Of a stretch of DNA of 64,000 bases, positions 11,018 to 20,905 are shown piece after piece. The DNA is from an uncultured Nitrososphaerota archaeon (GTDB lineage: Archaea; Thermoproteota; Nitrososphaeria; Conexivisphaerales; DTJL01): positions 64,001 through 128,000 of the forward strand of contig CAWJIE010000005.1 of assembly GCA_963842885.1 (NCBI GenBank), in the 5' to 3' direction. Below the pieces are notes generated by a model, which had not been told where the DNA came from, made no database searches, and saw only the letters and a program-made list of their open reading frames with translations. Position 1 is the stretch's first letter; each line of letters starts with the position of its first letter. A program made the translations under genes and the position numbers.

Positions 11018-12137
11018 ATGGCGGCAGGGTTTAGCTTGAAAGCCGTCGTCCTTGGCGCCGGCAGCATAGGGGGCGTCATAGCGAGAGACTTCGCTTGGGG
11101 GATGCCGTCGTGGGAGGTAGTGTCCGCCGACCTCGACATCGCCAGGGCCAAGTGGGTCGTGTCACGGTACCGAGGCGAGAACCTCTCCCCCGCTCGGTTG
11201 GATGTCGGGCGCAGAGAGGAGTTGGCTTCCTTCGTACGAGGCTTCGACTTGGTCATAGGCGCCCTGCCCGGAAGCGAAGGTTTCGCCGCGGCTCGGGCGT
11301 GCGTCGATGCCGGAAGGGACTTGGTCGACGTCTCCTTCTCCCCTGAGGATCCCTTCCTCCTCAAGGAGGAAGCCGCCAGGAAGGGCGTTATGATAGTCCC
11401 AGACTGCGGCGTGGCGCCCGGGCTGAGCAACATCCTCGTGGGTCACGCCGTCTCCCAGCTCGACGTCGTCGAGAGCGTCCATGTCATGGTGGGGGGACTC
11501 CCCGTCAAGCCCGTCCCGCCGCTGGGCTACGTCATCACATGGTCCGTGGAGGGGCTCATCGACGAGTACACCAGGAAGGCGCGCATCATCGAAGACGGCG
11601 TGAACAAAGAGGTGGACGCCCTGACGGGGGTCGAGAGGATCGACTTCCCCGGTGTCGGCCCGCTCGACGCCTTCTACACCGACGGCGCGAGGACGCTGTT
11701 CCGGACGGTGGGGCCGGTGAAGAGCATGTGGGAGAAGACCCTCCGCTATCCCGGGCATGTGGACGCCGTGAAGATGATGAGAGACATAGGTCTGTTCGAC
11801 TCGGCGCCGCTTGACCTGGAGGGTGTCAACGTCGCCCCTCGCCAGGTCGCCGCCAGGCTTCTCGAAAGCCTTCTCAGGGTGCCCGGAGCCGAAGATCTCG
11901 TCGCCATGAAGGTTATTGTGGAGGGCGTCAAGTCTGGGAAAGGAGTGCGGCTTGCCTATTCGCTTCTTGACTACTACGACAGGAGCACGGGCACGACCGC
12001 GATGGCCAGGACGACGGCCTATACCGCCTCCGTGGTCGCCCAATTGGTGGCGGGCGGGTTCATCACAGGAGAAGGGTCTGGTGACCCCCGAAGAGCTCGG
12101 GCATGAAACCGAGGGTATTCGACCGCCTCCTTCTTGA
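11018..12137 (+). CDS. saccharopine/lysine dehydrogenase family oxidoreductase (frameshift near 12075; end uncertain)
   Basis: GAGSIG Rossmann motif, DCGVAPGLSN, TLRYPGH, TAMARTTAY. Confidence 0.85.
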
Positions 12138-12263
12138 CCTGAAGGCCACGGCTAACAATCGACTGAAACATCGTGACCCGCCAGCCGGCCGTCGGCTCGG
12201 CGTCTGAGCAGGGCTCGACTCCGCAGACTGGTCCGTGGGGAGGTCGATAGAAGAGGGCTCGCG

Positions 12264-12503
12264 ATGCATCTTGTGGCCTACATCAAGTGCCGTGAATGTG
12301 GAGAATACGTTTCGGTGAGACCGCAGCTCTACAACCCGCACGTCGACAACGACGTCAACACCCTGCTCTTCAGGAGTTTTCATCGCCATTGTATCGACAG
12401 GCGTCATCTCCTGGGCGAGGGGGACTCCTCATATCTCATCGAGTTCGCTGACTACAGGCTGGAAGCCCTGCCGCCTGAGGCGACGATGCTTGACAGAGAC
12501 TGA
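12264..12503 (+). CDS. small hypothetical protein with CxxC and His cluster
   Basis: 79-aa ORF with KCRECG and FHRHC; host-like codons. Confidence 0.55.
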   Translation: MHLVAYIKCRECGEYVSVRPQLYNPHVDNDVNTLLFRSFHRHCIDRRHLLGEGDSSYLIEFADYRLEALPPEATMLDRD

Positions 12504-12996
12504 TGCGATCAAGTCGTCGTCGTTCCTTGGGAGGTCGCTTTGCCGGTTGGGGCCTCCAGGCGGACCGCCTCGGCTGAATGCGTAGGCTCCGATCAGGAGG
12601 AGGCCCGCGACGGCGGCCACGTAGAGTCCCGAATCGAAACTGATATCCATGACTGCGGATGGGCTGAGGAACAGGGCCAGCCATATGCCCACGGTCGATC
12701 ATCACAAGGCACCCTGCAATCAAGGAGAGCCAGCGTCGCCACCAGGAGATGATTGACAGGACCATCCCTGAGAGGTAGGTTACGACGGAGAGCAGGCTCC
12801 CGGTGAACAACAGGTAGCTCGTTACGTTCACCGGGGCGTGCGCGAAAGGGAGATTGGCCAGGAGCACCATCCAATAGAGAGGGGAGTTCTCGTAGGTGGC
12901 ACCGCCTGACATGCCTGAGACCCAGTCGAAAACCAACGCTATCTCCATCAGGACGAACCCGAATACCACGAAGGTGTCGCTGAGCTCCTTATTCAA
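12429..12996 (-). CDS. hypothetical membrane protein (frameshift near 12700; end uncertain)
   Basis: Hydrophobic helices continue across two overlapping ORFs. Confidence 0.55.
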
Positions 12997-13166
12997 CGTC
13001 GCAAGATGGAAAGGTCGAAGTTATCAACGCTTGCACAGAAGTGGTCGACGAGCATGTACGTCGTGGCGGCTTCTGAGCATCTGTCAACGGGGACCCAGAA
13101 CCAGGCGAAGTCGAGGGGTTTATATTTTCGCAGAATGGTTGCAACAATCCTCCGAGAGACCATTTC

Positions 13167-14087
13167 TTGAGCCGAGAAGCCTTGCTCGCCATCATCATAG
13201 CAGGGCTCATCCTGCTCAACGGGCTCACCTTCATAATGGCCTATCCTGAGACGTTGGTCGTGGACGGAGGTTGCTGCTCGAGCCGGCCCCTGGCGAAGGA
13301 CTTCTCGGCCTACTACGTCGGGGCCTGGAGGCTGCTCAACGACCCAGCCCAGCTCTACACCAAGGGGGCCGTGAACGACGGCGGCCCCGTGATCCTTCCC
13401 GCCCCAGAATCCTACAAGTACACGCCCTCCTTCCTGTTGCTCGTTTCGCCGCTGCTGCTGGCAGGATACCAGGAGGCGCTCCTGGTCTTCGACCTCCTCC
13501 AGTTCCTCCTTCTCCCCTTGATCGCCCTCCTCCTCTATTGGCTGCTCAAGGGCGAGAGCACCCTGGTGGTCGGGTTCGTCATGGTGCTGGTCCTGTTGCA
13601 GCCGTCGCCGCTTCCCCACTGGGGGCTGTCGGTCAGCTACTACTGGCAGTGGGCCGAGGGTCAGGCCAAGGTCCTGGAGACCTTCCTCCTGCTGCTCTCC
13701 TTCTTCCTAGGCAGAGCCGGGAGGCCGAAGCTCTCCGGCGCCGTCTTAGCCCTCGGGGCATTCGATCCCCGTTTTGCGGCCCTCGGCATCCCGCTCTTCC
13801 TGCTCTTCAACAGGAGCCGCCTCTCGGCGTCGTCTCTGGCTGCCTGTGCTTCCTTTGTGGTGCTGAACGTTCCGCTGCTGTATCCTCCCGTGGGCGCCGG
13901 GTTCGTCGCGATGATATTCACATCTGGCGTCTCCACGCCGCTCTACTACTACTCCCTGATCCCCCTGGCAGCCCTCCTGTCCCTATACGCCGTGAACAGG
14001 AAGGAGCTGGTTTCAGTTGTCAGGTCCTGGCTCAGGGCCAAGCCTAAGGAGCCCGTCACCCCGCATGGAGCATCCGCTCCCCGTTAG
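13167..14087 (+). CDS. GT87/DUF2029-like polytopic membrane glycosyltransferase
   Basis: KDFSAYYVGA, Y.Y.P and EGQ motifs with many TM segments. Confidence 0.7.
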   Translation: MSREALLAIIIAGLILLNGLTFIMAYPETLVVDGGCCSSRPLAKDFSAYYVGAWRLLNDPAQLYTKGAVNDGGPVILPAPESYKYTPSFLLLVSPLLLAGYQEALLVFDLLQFLLLPLIALLLYWLLKGESTLVVGFVMVLVLLQPSPLPHWGLSVSYYWQWAEGQAKVLETFLLLLSFFLGRAGRPKLSGAVLALGAFDPRFAALGIPLFLLFNRSRLSASSLAACASFVVLNVPLLYPPVGAGFVAMIFTSGVSTPLYYYSLIPLAALLSLYAVNRKELVSVVRSWLRAKPKEPVTPHGASAPR

Positions 14088-14179
14088 TCGACGATCGAGT
14101 TCCTCAGACTCCCTTGGGGGCCAGTCTCCGTTGAAAGGATATTAGCCCCCTCCGGGGTTGCCCATGATGGTGCGTTAGG

Positions 14180-15157
14180 ACGAACTATCGTAGATTGGGC
14201 AGCGCGGGTATCAAGCTGAGCGAGTTGTCACTGGGCGCGTGGGTGACTTATGGAGGTCAGGTCGGAGAGGAGGTCGCCCTGAAGTGCATGTCGGCGGCAC
14301 ACGATGCGGGTGTCAACTTCTTCGACAACGCTGAGGCGTATGCCCACGGCAATGCGGAGGTGGTCATGGGAAAAGTCTTGAAGAAGCTGGGCTGGCCGAG
14401 GGAGAGCTTCGTCGTCTCCAGCAAAGTGTTCTGGGGAGGGGACGGCCCAAACGACAGGGGCCTATCCCACAAGCACATCTTCGAAGCCTGCAACAGGTCT
14501 CTCAAGCGACTTCAGGTGGACTACCTGGACCTGTTCTACTGCCACCGGCCTGACCCGAACACCCCCATCGAGGAGACGGTCAGGGCCATGGACAACCTCG
14601 TTCACCAGGGGAAGATACTCTACTGGGGGACTTCCGAATGGACAGCCCCCGACATCATGCGAGCCTACGGCCTTGCCCGCGAGCTTGGCCTCACACCTCC
14701 TCAGATGGAGCAGCCGCAGTACAACATGGTCCACCGCGACAGGGTGGAGGTGGAGTACCTCCCTCTCTACCGGGAAATCGGGCTGGGAACAACCATCTGG
14801 AGCCCACTGGCGTCGGGGCTGCTCAGCGGGAAGTACAATGAAGGCGTGCCCGCCGGGTCGAGGGCGACGCTAGAAGGGTACGAATGGCTCAAGGAACGCA
14901 TCCTCTCCCCCCAGAGGATCGAGAAGGTCTTGCAGCTGAAGCCGATCGCGGAGGAGCTGGACTGCACTCTCGCCCAGCTGGCCATCGCCTGGTGCCTGAA
15001 GAACCCGAACGTCAGCTCCGTGATCACCGGCGCCAGCAAGCCGGAGCAGGTCGTCGAGAACATGAAGGCCGTGGAGGTCGCGCCCAAGCTCACTGCAGGA
15101 GTGGTGGAGCGCATAGACACGATCCTGGGTAACAAGCCCCAACCCCTCGGCGGCTAG
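14180..15157 (+). CDS. aldo/keto reductase (Kv-beta-like family)
   Basis: [41 protein letters not shown]; N-terminal (M)NYRRLG would begin at ACG 14180. Confidence 0.92.
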   Translation, partial: TNYRRLGSAGIKLSELSLGAWVTYGGQVGEEVALKCMSAAHDAGVNFFDNAEAYAHGNAEVVMGKVLKKLGWPRESFVVSSKVFWGGDGPNDRGLSHKHIFEACNRSLKRLQVDYLDLFYCHRPDPNTPIEETVRAMDNLVHQGKILYWGTSEWTAPDIMRAYGLARELGLTPPQMEQPQYNMVHRDRVEVEYLPLYREIGLGTTIWSPLASGLLSGKYNEGVPAGSRATLEGYEWLKERILSPQRIEKVLQLKPIAEELDCTLAQLAIAWCLKNPNVSSVITGASKPEQVVENMKAVEVAPKLTAGVVERIDTILGNKPQPLGG

Positions 15158-15358
15158 GTGCCGACCGCATCGCTTCCGATGAATCACGAGGGCACTCGTC
15201 AAGAGCCAGTCCTAGGGACGGAAGGTTTCGATTCCGCGTAGATCAACGGAGCGAAGGCCAACGACCGGACATCGACGCAGGATCGCCTTAGCAACTTGGC
15301 CCGCATAGCCGTGAAGAACGTCGACCGAACCGCTCCATCCAGACATCCGCCCGGCAGC

Positions 15359-15733
15359 TCACTGCGGGGCCACGACGCTCCTTTTCAGGTCGGATATGGT
15401 CACGAGTTCCTTCAGGGAGCTGAGGAGAGAGCCGTCGTCGGACTGTTCCCTATCCTCCCATTCAAAGACGACCAAGCCATATACGTAGAACGGCTGCATC
15501 GCGGCCGGAACCGCGCCTCTCGTCCGCTTTATTTCGGCCCTGAAGAGGGAAATCAGCCTGCTCGGATCAATCTTGTCGTCAGCTCTGACGGTAAGCCTGC
15601 AGCCGCCCACAGAGGTGTCCGTGTATTCCGTCTCTTCCTCATCGAGTTCCTCACCCATTGTCTGAGCCTTCAGGTGCTCCAGCTTCAGAAGGACCCAGAG
15701 TCCGTCGCGTGATTGGGCCTCGACCTGATTCAT
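15359..15733 (-). CDS. hypothetical protein
   Basis: Open frame with protein-like composition; no recognised motif. Confidence 0.45.
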   Translation of the reverse strand: MNQVEAQSRDGLWVLLKLEHLKAQTMGEELDEEETEYTDTSVGGCRLTVRADDKIDPSRLISLFRAEIKRTRGAVPAAMQPFYVYGLVVFEWEDREQSDDGSLLSSLKELVTISDLKRSVVAPQ

Positions 15734-15875
15734 TTGGCCATCCCGTAGGCCTCCAGTGCATTTAAGCGTTAGAAACAGCCTGACCGTTATGGGATACGTT
15801 TTCGGGAACACTACGACACAAGAGGACCCCCCAGTCTGATGACCTGGCCACGCGGCAAGGGAGTAGGGCACGCCA

Positions 15876-16493
15876 ATGCGCTTTATGCGGCCGCAGGAAC
15901 AGTTGACGTTCCAGGGTCAACCTACGCCGACTGCCAGTCTAGCCAGGGAGAAGAAGCCTAGACGCTTGGAGGCCACAGCCAATGTCAGAGATGTGTTCCC
16001 CCACCAGGTTCTTGAGTTCCAAGTGGATGCCGCACGAGTGGAAGTAACCTTTGGCGAGTTCCGGAGGAAGGTCGATTTGAGGATGATGCAGAACAAGCCA
16101 GGCGTGACTTACGATGAGCTGATGAATGTGTTGGGGAGAGCCTTTGCGCTGATAACACAGAAGCACGGCCGGGTGGTCGAGCCGGCGGAGTTCAATGTCG
16201 TCGGCCTCCATCTTAGCATAGACTTCTTGCACCTCAAGCTGGAAGGCCTCAAGGCTGTCACGCTGCAGGATATGGAGCCATGGCTGCTGCGCCTATACAA
16301 TAAAGGAGATACCCTCCGAAGTGAAGTGGTGCTCAAGGGAGGGGCAGCTCCGCTAGACAAGGCCATAGCACTCATGGGCCAAAGCTTCCAGAACCGCAGA
16401 ATTCTAGGGGAAATCCTTGAGCGCGTAAAAAGCATAGGGCCGATGCAAGAGCGACCTGTTCGTGTCGACGAGGTTAAACCCGAACCGCATTAA
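15876..16493 (+). CDS. putative Rep_trans-like replication protein (possibly truncated)
   Basis: HLSIDF ... LLRLYNK.DTLRSEV matches the order of the D-x-x-x-D, R-x-Y-x-K and R-x-E motifs of Rep_trans initiators. Confidence 0.4.
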   Translation: MRFMRPQEQLTFQGQPTPTASLAREKKPRRLEATANVRDVFPHQVLEFQVDAARVEVTFGEFRRKVDLRMMQNKPGVTYDELMNVLGRAFALITQKHGRVVEPAEFNVVGLHLSIDFLHLKLEGLKAVTLQDMEPWLLRLYNKGDTLRSEVVLKGGAAPLDKAIALMGQSFQNRRILGEILERVKSIGPMQERPVRVDEVKPEPH

Positions 16494-16512
16494 ACCAGAA
16501 CAGCTGACGTTC
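15897..16512 (+). repeat. 15-bp direct repeat pair GAACAG(T/C)TGACGTTC (15897-15911 and 16498-16512)
   Basis: 14/15 identical; each copy is a GAAC-N7-GTTC imperfect palindrome. Confidence 0.7.
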
Positions 16513-17935
16513 AGAAAGCTGTCGCAAAGACCCGATGACACGCCGAACAGTTGCCCGAGAGGCGTCGAGTTGGGTGTCGGTCCTTGGGCAGGCTGGGTGT
16601 CGCCTGGGTGTCGGAGGGTTTCGCTGTGGTTTCCTTGCTTGACTCTTGGGTTGCTGGCGTGGAGGGGGTGTGGAAGGTGTGGAAGGTTGTGTGCGAGACT
16701 GTGCAGGGGGTGTGCGGGGTGTGATTTCCTGTGATTTCTGCACAGGGCCTTGTGTGGGGTTCACCTTGTAGCCACCGAGCATTACCACTTGAAGGGATGA
16801 TATAGGGCCGTCTGTGATGGTCCAGCGTGTCGCACACTTTTTCACTGTGCGCCGCACGTTTTATCACACACAAACAACACTTTGACTCCACATGGTAGGC
16901 TGCTGGCGTGCAAGGGCCGTGCAGAAAACAGGCTAATGACGAGCAGAAGAATTGGTCTGCTGGTGGTCTGGTGGGCCTCCAGCCGTGTCAAAAGTGGTGG
17001 AAGAGCGTGGAAGAACGTGCGAGCTTTGTGGAAGAGCGATCCCACATCTCAGACATAGGGAGCTTCTGCCTCGACAACTACACCACCATCGGCAGAAAAT
17101 TGAGGTCGACGACATTCTTGCGACGAAGAAGGCTGCTGAGGAGGGCCTTTCCGAGGTGATTCACACCAGGAACTTGGTCGACGCAGCGATTATCTCTGGA
17201 ACCGACAGAATGGAAGCTCTAAGCGCCAAGTTGCGAGCCACGGAAGACGCTGCTCGCTGCCACGAACAACACCCTCTGGGTTGTGACGATCAAGTGGCCT
17301 CCTCTGGCCTGCACCTGTCCTGGTATGAGCATAGAAAGCTCGCTATATGACGCCCATGTGAACACGGTCTCACCAGGCTGCCACATCACTGATAGTCCCC
17401 GGGGGTAAGCCAAGCCGTGTGAATTAGCCTCCAAATCAATATTAAACGGTTTGCGTCGGCGTCGTCTGGATACCCCTCCCTGCCTGTCAACGGGCGTTCT
17501 CCCAAAGTGCGCTGGGCGTGCATGTGGCAGTCATCTAAGCCGCTGGCGTTTGGTCCTTGGCTGGTGAACTTGATGGGTAAAGGAGGACGTGGTCACCGAG
17601 GTCATCACCCGAGCCCGAACGATCAGCGTTCAAGTGCGAAGAACCCGACGAGCCATGAACACACAGCTACGGTGGACAACAGAAGCGCCCAGCTCAATCC
17701 GACGAGTCCAGAATACAAAGGACCAGCTCCAAGCAAGGGCAACGACCAAGGAAGCAGCGACGACTGACTTTGGGATTATCTCCGCTCTATCACGCAAGGT
17801 CTTTTTTGTAATTGCAACTCCCAGTCTGGCCAAGCCGACGTCGTCTTGACCAGTCGGACCAGTCTTTATTGGGTTGTCGTCGTGCCATTCTCCTTATAAT
17901 CGCTCCAATCAGTAGACAAGCTAGGGTAGTCACCC

Positions 17936-18619
17936 ATGGCCGGATACAAACGTGTCTCGGACTACGCAGAGTTCAAAGGGAGGTCAGAGAGGTATCATGA
18001 AATCGTCCCCTTGGAATACACCGAACGGTACTGTTCCGTCTACAGGGCACTCCATCGAAATGGGAGACGGCCCTTGGACATGAAGGAAGTGGTCCTCCTC
18101 TTGGACGATTATCTGATTAGATGGGGTGGAATGACCAGAGTCTTTGGCAGCCACAGCAGCGACGAGTTGCGGTCCAACCTGCTGAGAACGCTTGCAGGAC
18201 AGACTCAAAGAATGACTTCGCTCGAGGAGAAATCCATTGATCGGGTAAGCTTCACCGACCTAGCGAACATCGAGGAGTTGTTCGACATCGTGGCGAATGT
18301 CAGATTCAAGTCGAAATCTGGGCTGCGGACAAGACGGTTGGCAGCTACGGCAACGGGCAAGATGCTTCATATGCTTATTCCCGAATGCTGCGTAATCTGG
18401 GACCAGAAAGTGGTTAGGGATGTCCAGGGCTACGATGACGATGCCAAAGGTTATCGCCAATACATCGAGGACAAGAGGTCGGAGCTTCTGGCAGTTACTA
18501 GGAACAAGAGCATCGCGAAGATTGAGGCGGAACATGCGGGCTACCTCAGGTCGGTGGGGATCACGAAACCCTACGAACCTATAACTAAGATGCTAGATGA
18601 AGTGAACTATCAGGTCTGA
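17936..18619 (+). CDS. hypothetical protein, HhH/DNA-glycosylase-like (DUF6308-like motif)
   Basis: ATATGKMLHML.P..CVIWD motif; lower-GC codon use; CTTATAA TATA upstream. Confidence 0.5.
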   Translation: MAGYKRVSDYAEFKGRSERYHEIVPLEYTERYCSVYRALHRNGRRPLDMKEVVLLLDDYLIRWGGMTRVFGSHSSDELRSNLLRTLAGQTQRMTSLEEKSIDRVSFTDLANIEELFDIVANVRFKSKSGLRTRRLAATATGKMLHMLIPECCVIWDQKVVRDVQGYDDDAKGYRQYIEDKRSELLAVTRNKSIAKIEAEHAGYLRSVGITKPYEPITKMLDEVNYQV

Positions 18620-18799
18620 TTCCGGGCGAGCAAGCTGACCGTCTAGCAGCGCCTTGTCCAAGTAGCGTGCACGAGCCGAGTCCTCTTTCAGAATCAGATT
18701 TGGTTCTTATCCTGCTGGCGGTGAGTCAACCTTGTAAGGAGCACAGGACCTGAACCCTACGGGGTATGAACTCCTTCGGGCCCGCCAGCGCAGCCTGTG

Positions 18800-19210
18800 C
18801 TAGACCTTCTCCGACTTTTCTGAGAGAGCGCCCTTGACCTGTCGGGCCGCATCTTCCCTGTCAATGTAGGTGAGGACACTGATAGAAGGCGTGCCGGCGA
18901 TGAGGCCGGACACCCTTGAGTCGGGGCGCCTGAGACAGATGACCTTCTTCCCCTTCATGACGGCGAACTCGAGCTCCATCCCCACGCCGTGGCTGGGGGT
19001 CGATATCTCGGCCACTATGGCGTCAGATGCCTCCAGGGCGTCAAAATCGCGCTTGGCGACCTGCTCAACGGGGAGGCCCCAGCTCGGGTCCCTGTCGAGG
19101 ACCCATTTCGAAGTGATTTGATGGCCTAATTCCTCTATGGCACCGGCCACCGCGCCGGCCAGCGACTGCTCCCTGTTGTACGTAAGCGGGACCGCGAGGT
19201 AGATCAGCAT
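18800..19210 (-). CDS. nucleoside 2-deoxyribosyltransferase / DNPH1(Rcl)-like N-hydrolase
   Basis: IYLA.P, D...LEASDAIVAEISTPSHGVGMEL. Confidence 0.85.
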   Translation of the reverse strand: MLIYLAVPLTYNREQSLAGAVAGAIEELGHQITSKWVLDRDPSWGLPVEQVAKRDFDALEASDAIVAEISTPSHGVGMELEFAVMKGKKVICLRRPDSRVSGLIAGTPSISVLTYIDREDAARQVKGALSEKSEKV

Positions 19211-19370
19211 CGCCTGTCCTCCGAGAAGCCTATCTCTTCCCGATATAAAGGGGACATGGGGAGCTGCGTTCAGAGCAGGGACTCCCTGCGATAGAACCTC
19301 AATACCCGCTTGGCGAAAGGATGCTCCGTGCGTCGCCGATGGCCTCGCACTTCCCCAGCCAACTGCATTT

Positions 19371-19411
19371 TTGGATATCTGTGGCTGCTGGAAAAGGAAT
19401 CAATATCATCA
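19371..19411 (+). repeat. partial copy of the dispersed non-coding repeat (TTGGATATC..GCTGCTG core)
   Basis: ttggatatctgtggctgctggaaaaggaatcaatatcatca aligns without gaps to 34431-34471. Confidence 0.75.
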
Positions 19412-19554
19412 GAACGGCGCAGCAAGTCTCACCCGAATGCGCAGGGATTGCATGGAACGCCCCACATCAGCGAAAGGCGTAGTAAGCTAAGCTATTTACG
19501 CATACTTATTCAACATACGAAGCGTTAATATGTCTCCATAGTTCGTAAGCAGTC

Positions 19555-20229
19555 TTGATTACCTTGAAATCTCGACGTGCCGTTTCAAAAACTGTAATGC
19601 TGGCGGTGTTCCTCATCGTCGGCCTAGCCATCGGGTTCTCAGGAGGCTGGCTGCTCCAGGAGCAGACCATCATCAGCCTGACGAATGCCCGGAATAGCCA
19701 GGCGATATACGTCGACTCCGCTAACCACGAGGTCGTCGTCCAAGCCACGGCCATCCCTGCCGCGTTCGTCAATGCGACTATGCATGGCTTGAACTGGGAG
19801 GGCGGCAGCCTGGCAGCCGAGGCGGCATTCACGACCGTGGCGACTCCTACCGAGCTCTATGACGCGCTGGTGAGCTTGGGCGCCGTGCCGTCCAACAATG
19901 TCCATCTCGATTCGGCGGCTGGCACGCTGACGACCGGAACCCACATCACCATCTACGTGACTTGGACCGGAGCCCCCAAGAAGTACCTGCTGACTGACCT
20001 GCTCAACAACTACAATCTCACTTCAGGGGCTGGCACATTCGGTTTCGGCGGGAACCTGGCCACCAACACCCAGATAGGGACGGGATGCATGGCCTGCTTC
20101 TTCTCCTGTGCCATAGGGATAGTCAGCAGCAACGTCAACGGTTGGGAATCGCCCATGATGTGGACCCTGAACTCGGCCCTAATACAGCCAGGGCAGAACG
20201 TAACCTTCATCTATCAAATAGCGTCTTAG
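19555..20229 (+). CDS. YdjY-domain membrane-anchored protein
   Basis: N-terminal TM; LYDAL..LGA.P.NN, F.FGGN and TGCMACFFSC..GI.S motifs typical of YdjY. Confidence 0.75.
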   Translation: MITLKSRRAVSKTVMLAVFLIVGLAIGFSGGWLLQEQTIISLTNARNSQAIYVDSANHEVVVQATAIPAAFVNATMHGLNWEGGSLAAEAAFTTVATPTELYDALVSLGAVPSNNVHLDSAAGTLTTGTHITIYVTWTGAPKKYLLTDLLNNYNLTSGAGTFGFGGNLATNTQIGTGCMACFFSCAIGIVSSNVNGWESPMMWTLNSALIQPGQNVTFIYQIAS

Positions 20230-20244
20230 GTCCTGTGAATCCGA

Positions 20245-20904
20245 TTGGATGCGCTGATTGCGGGGTTGTCGGGGGGACTTTCTTTGGTCGTCCTCCCGAG
20301 CCTACCCCTTCTGATTCTTTTCAACGTCGCAGATGACCTAGGGAGGAAGAGGATCCTATCGAGGCTGGTCCTTTTCCCGGCCGGAGTGGTCTTCATCTTC
20401 GGAGTCAGCATCGTGCTCATTCGCGCCTTTCCTGCGGTCTTCCTCCTGAATGCTCACTATCTGGACATCATTTGGGGCCTTCTCATAGTCTGGCTGGGTT
20501 ATGCAGTGGCCCGAAGGGAGGGTGCTTTCGTGATTCGCGCAGCGAGGGAGAACTTCCTCGCTTGGTGCTACGGGACATTCGTGATGGGCATACTCTTCGG
20601 AGCCCTCTGGATGAACTACCTTTCGACCAGAGACACAGCGGTACTACAGATCTACAGCAATGTCCTTTCCGCCACGCTTCCTTCTCTCACCTACGACGCC
20701 GTTGCCTACGCGTTAGGACTCGGACTGACCGTCTCAGTGGCCGCCCTTTTGTTGTACCTCCTGGCGGTTCCCGCAGCAGGACTCCTCAGACGTCACCGGG
20801 CTCAGGTCAAGTGGGTCGTTGGCCCCGTCCTCGCTCTCATCGGGGCCTATTTTATATTCAACGATGTTTGGGCGCTCCTGAGAGTGGCAGGCCTGGTGTT
20901 GTAG
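20245..20904 (+). CDS. CcdA/DsbD-like 6-TM membrane protein lacking the usual PC cysteines
   Basis: AGLSGGLS..LP.LPL, F.MG.LFG..W and YALGLG pattern. Confidence 0.55.
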   Translation: MDALIAGLSGGLSLVVLPSLPLLILFNVADDLGRKRILSRLVLFPAGVVFIFGVSIVLIRAFPAVFLLNAHYLDIIWGLLIVWLGYAVARREGAFVIRAARENFLAWCYGTFVMGILFGALWMNYLSTRDTAVLQIYSNVLSATLPSLTYDAVAYALGLGLTVSVAALLLYLLAVPAAGLLRRHRAQVKWVVGPVLALIGAYFIFNDVWALLRVAGLVL

Positions 20905-20905
20905 A

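Noticed and set aside
15212-15237. Firm att site at the left island edge
   Set aside because: Only 18/26 identity to the tRNA-Gln end; mentioned as a weak candidate, not called as a feature.
16908-17850. Genes in the overlapping short ORFs
   Set aside because: Only fragments (e.g. CELCG) with conflicting frames; probably decayed element sequence, and no product can be supported.
18751-18787. Complete tRNA gene ending CGGGCCCGCCA
   Set aside because: No 5' half or anticodon arm and no proper TTCRA loop; at most an att remnant.
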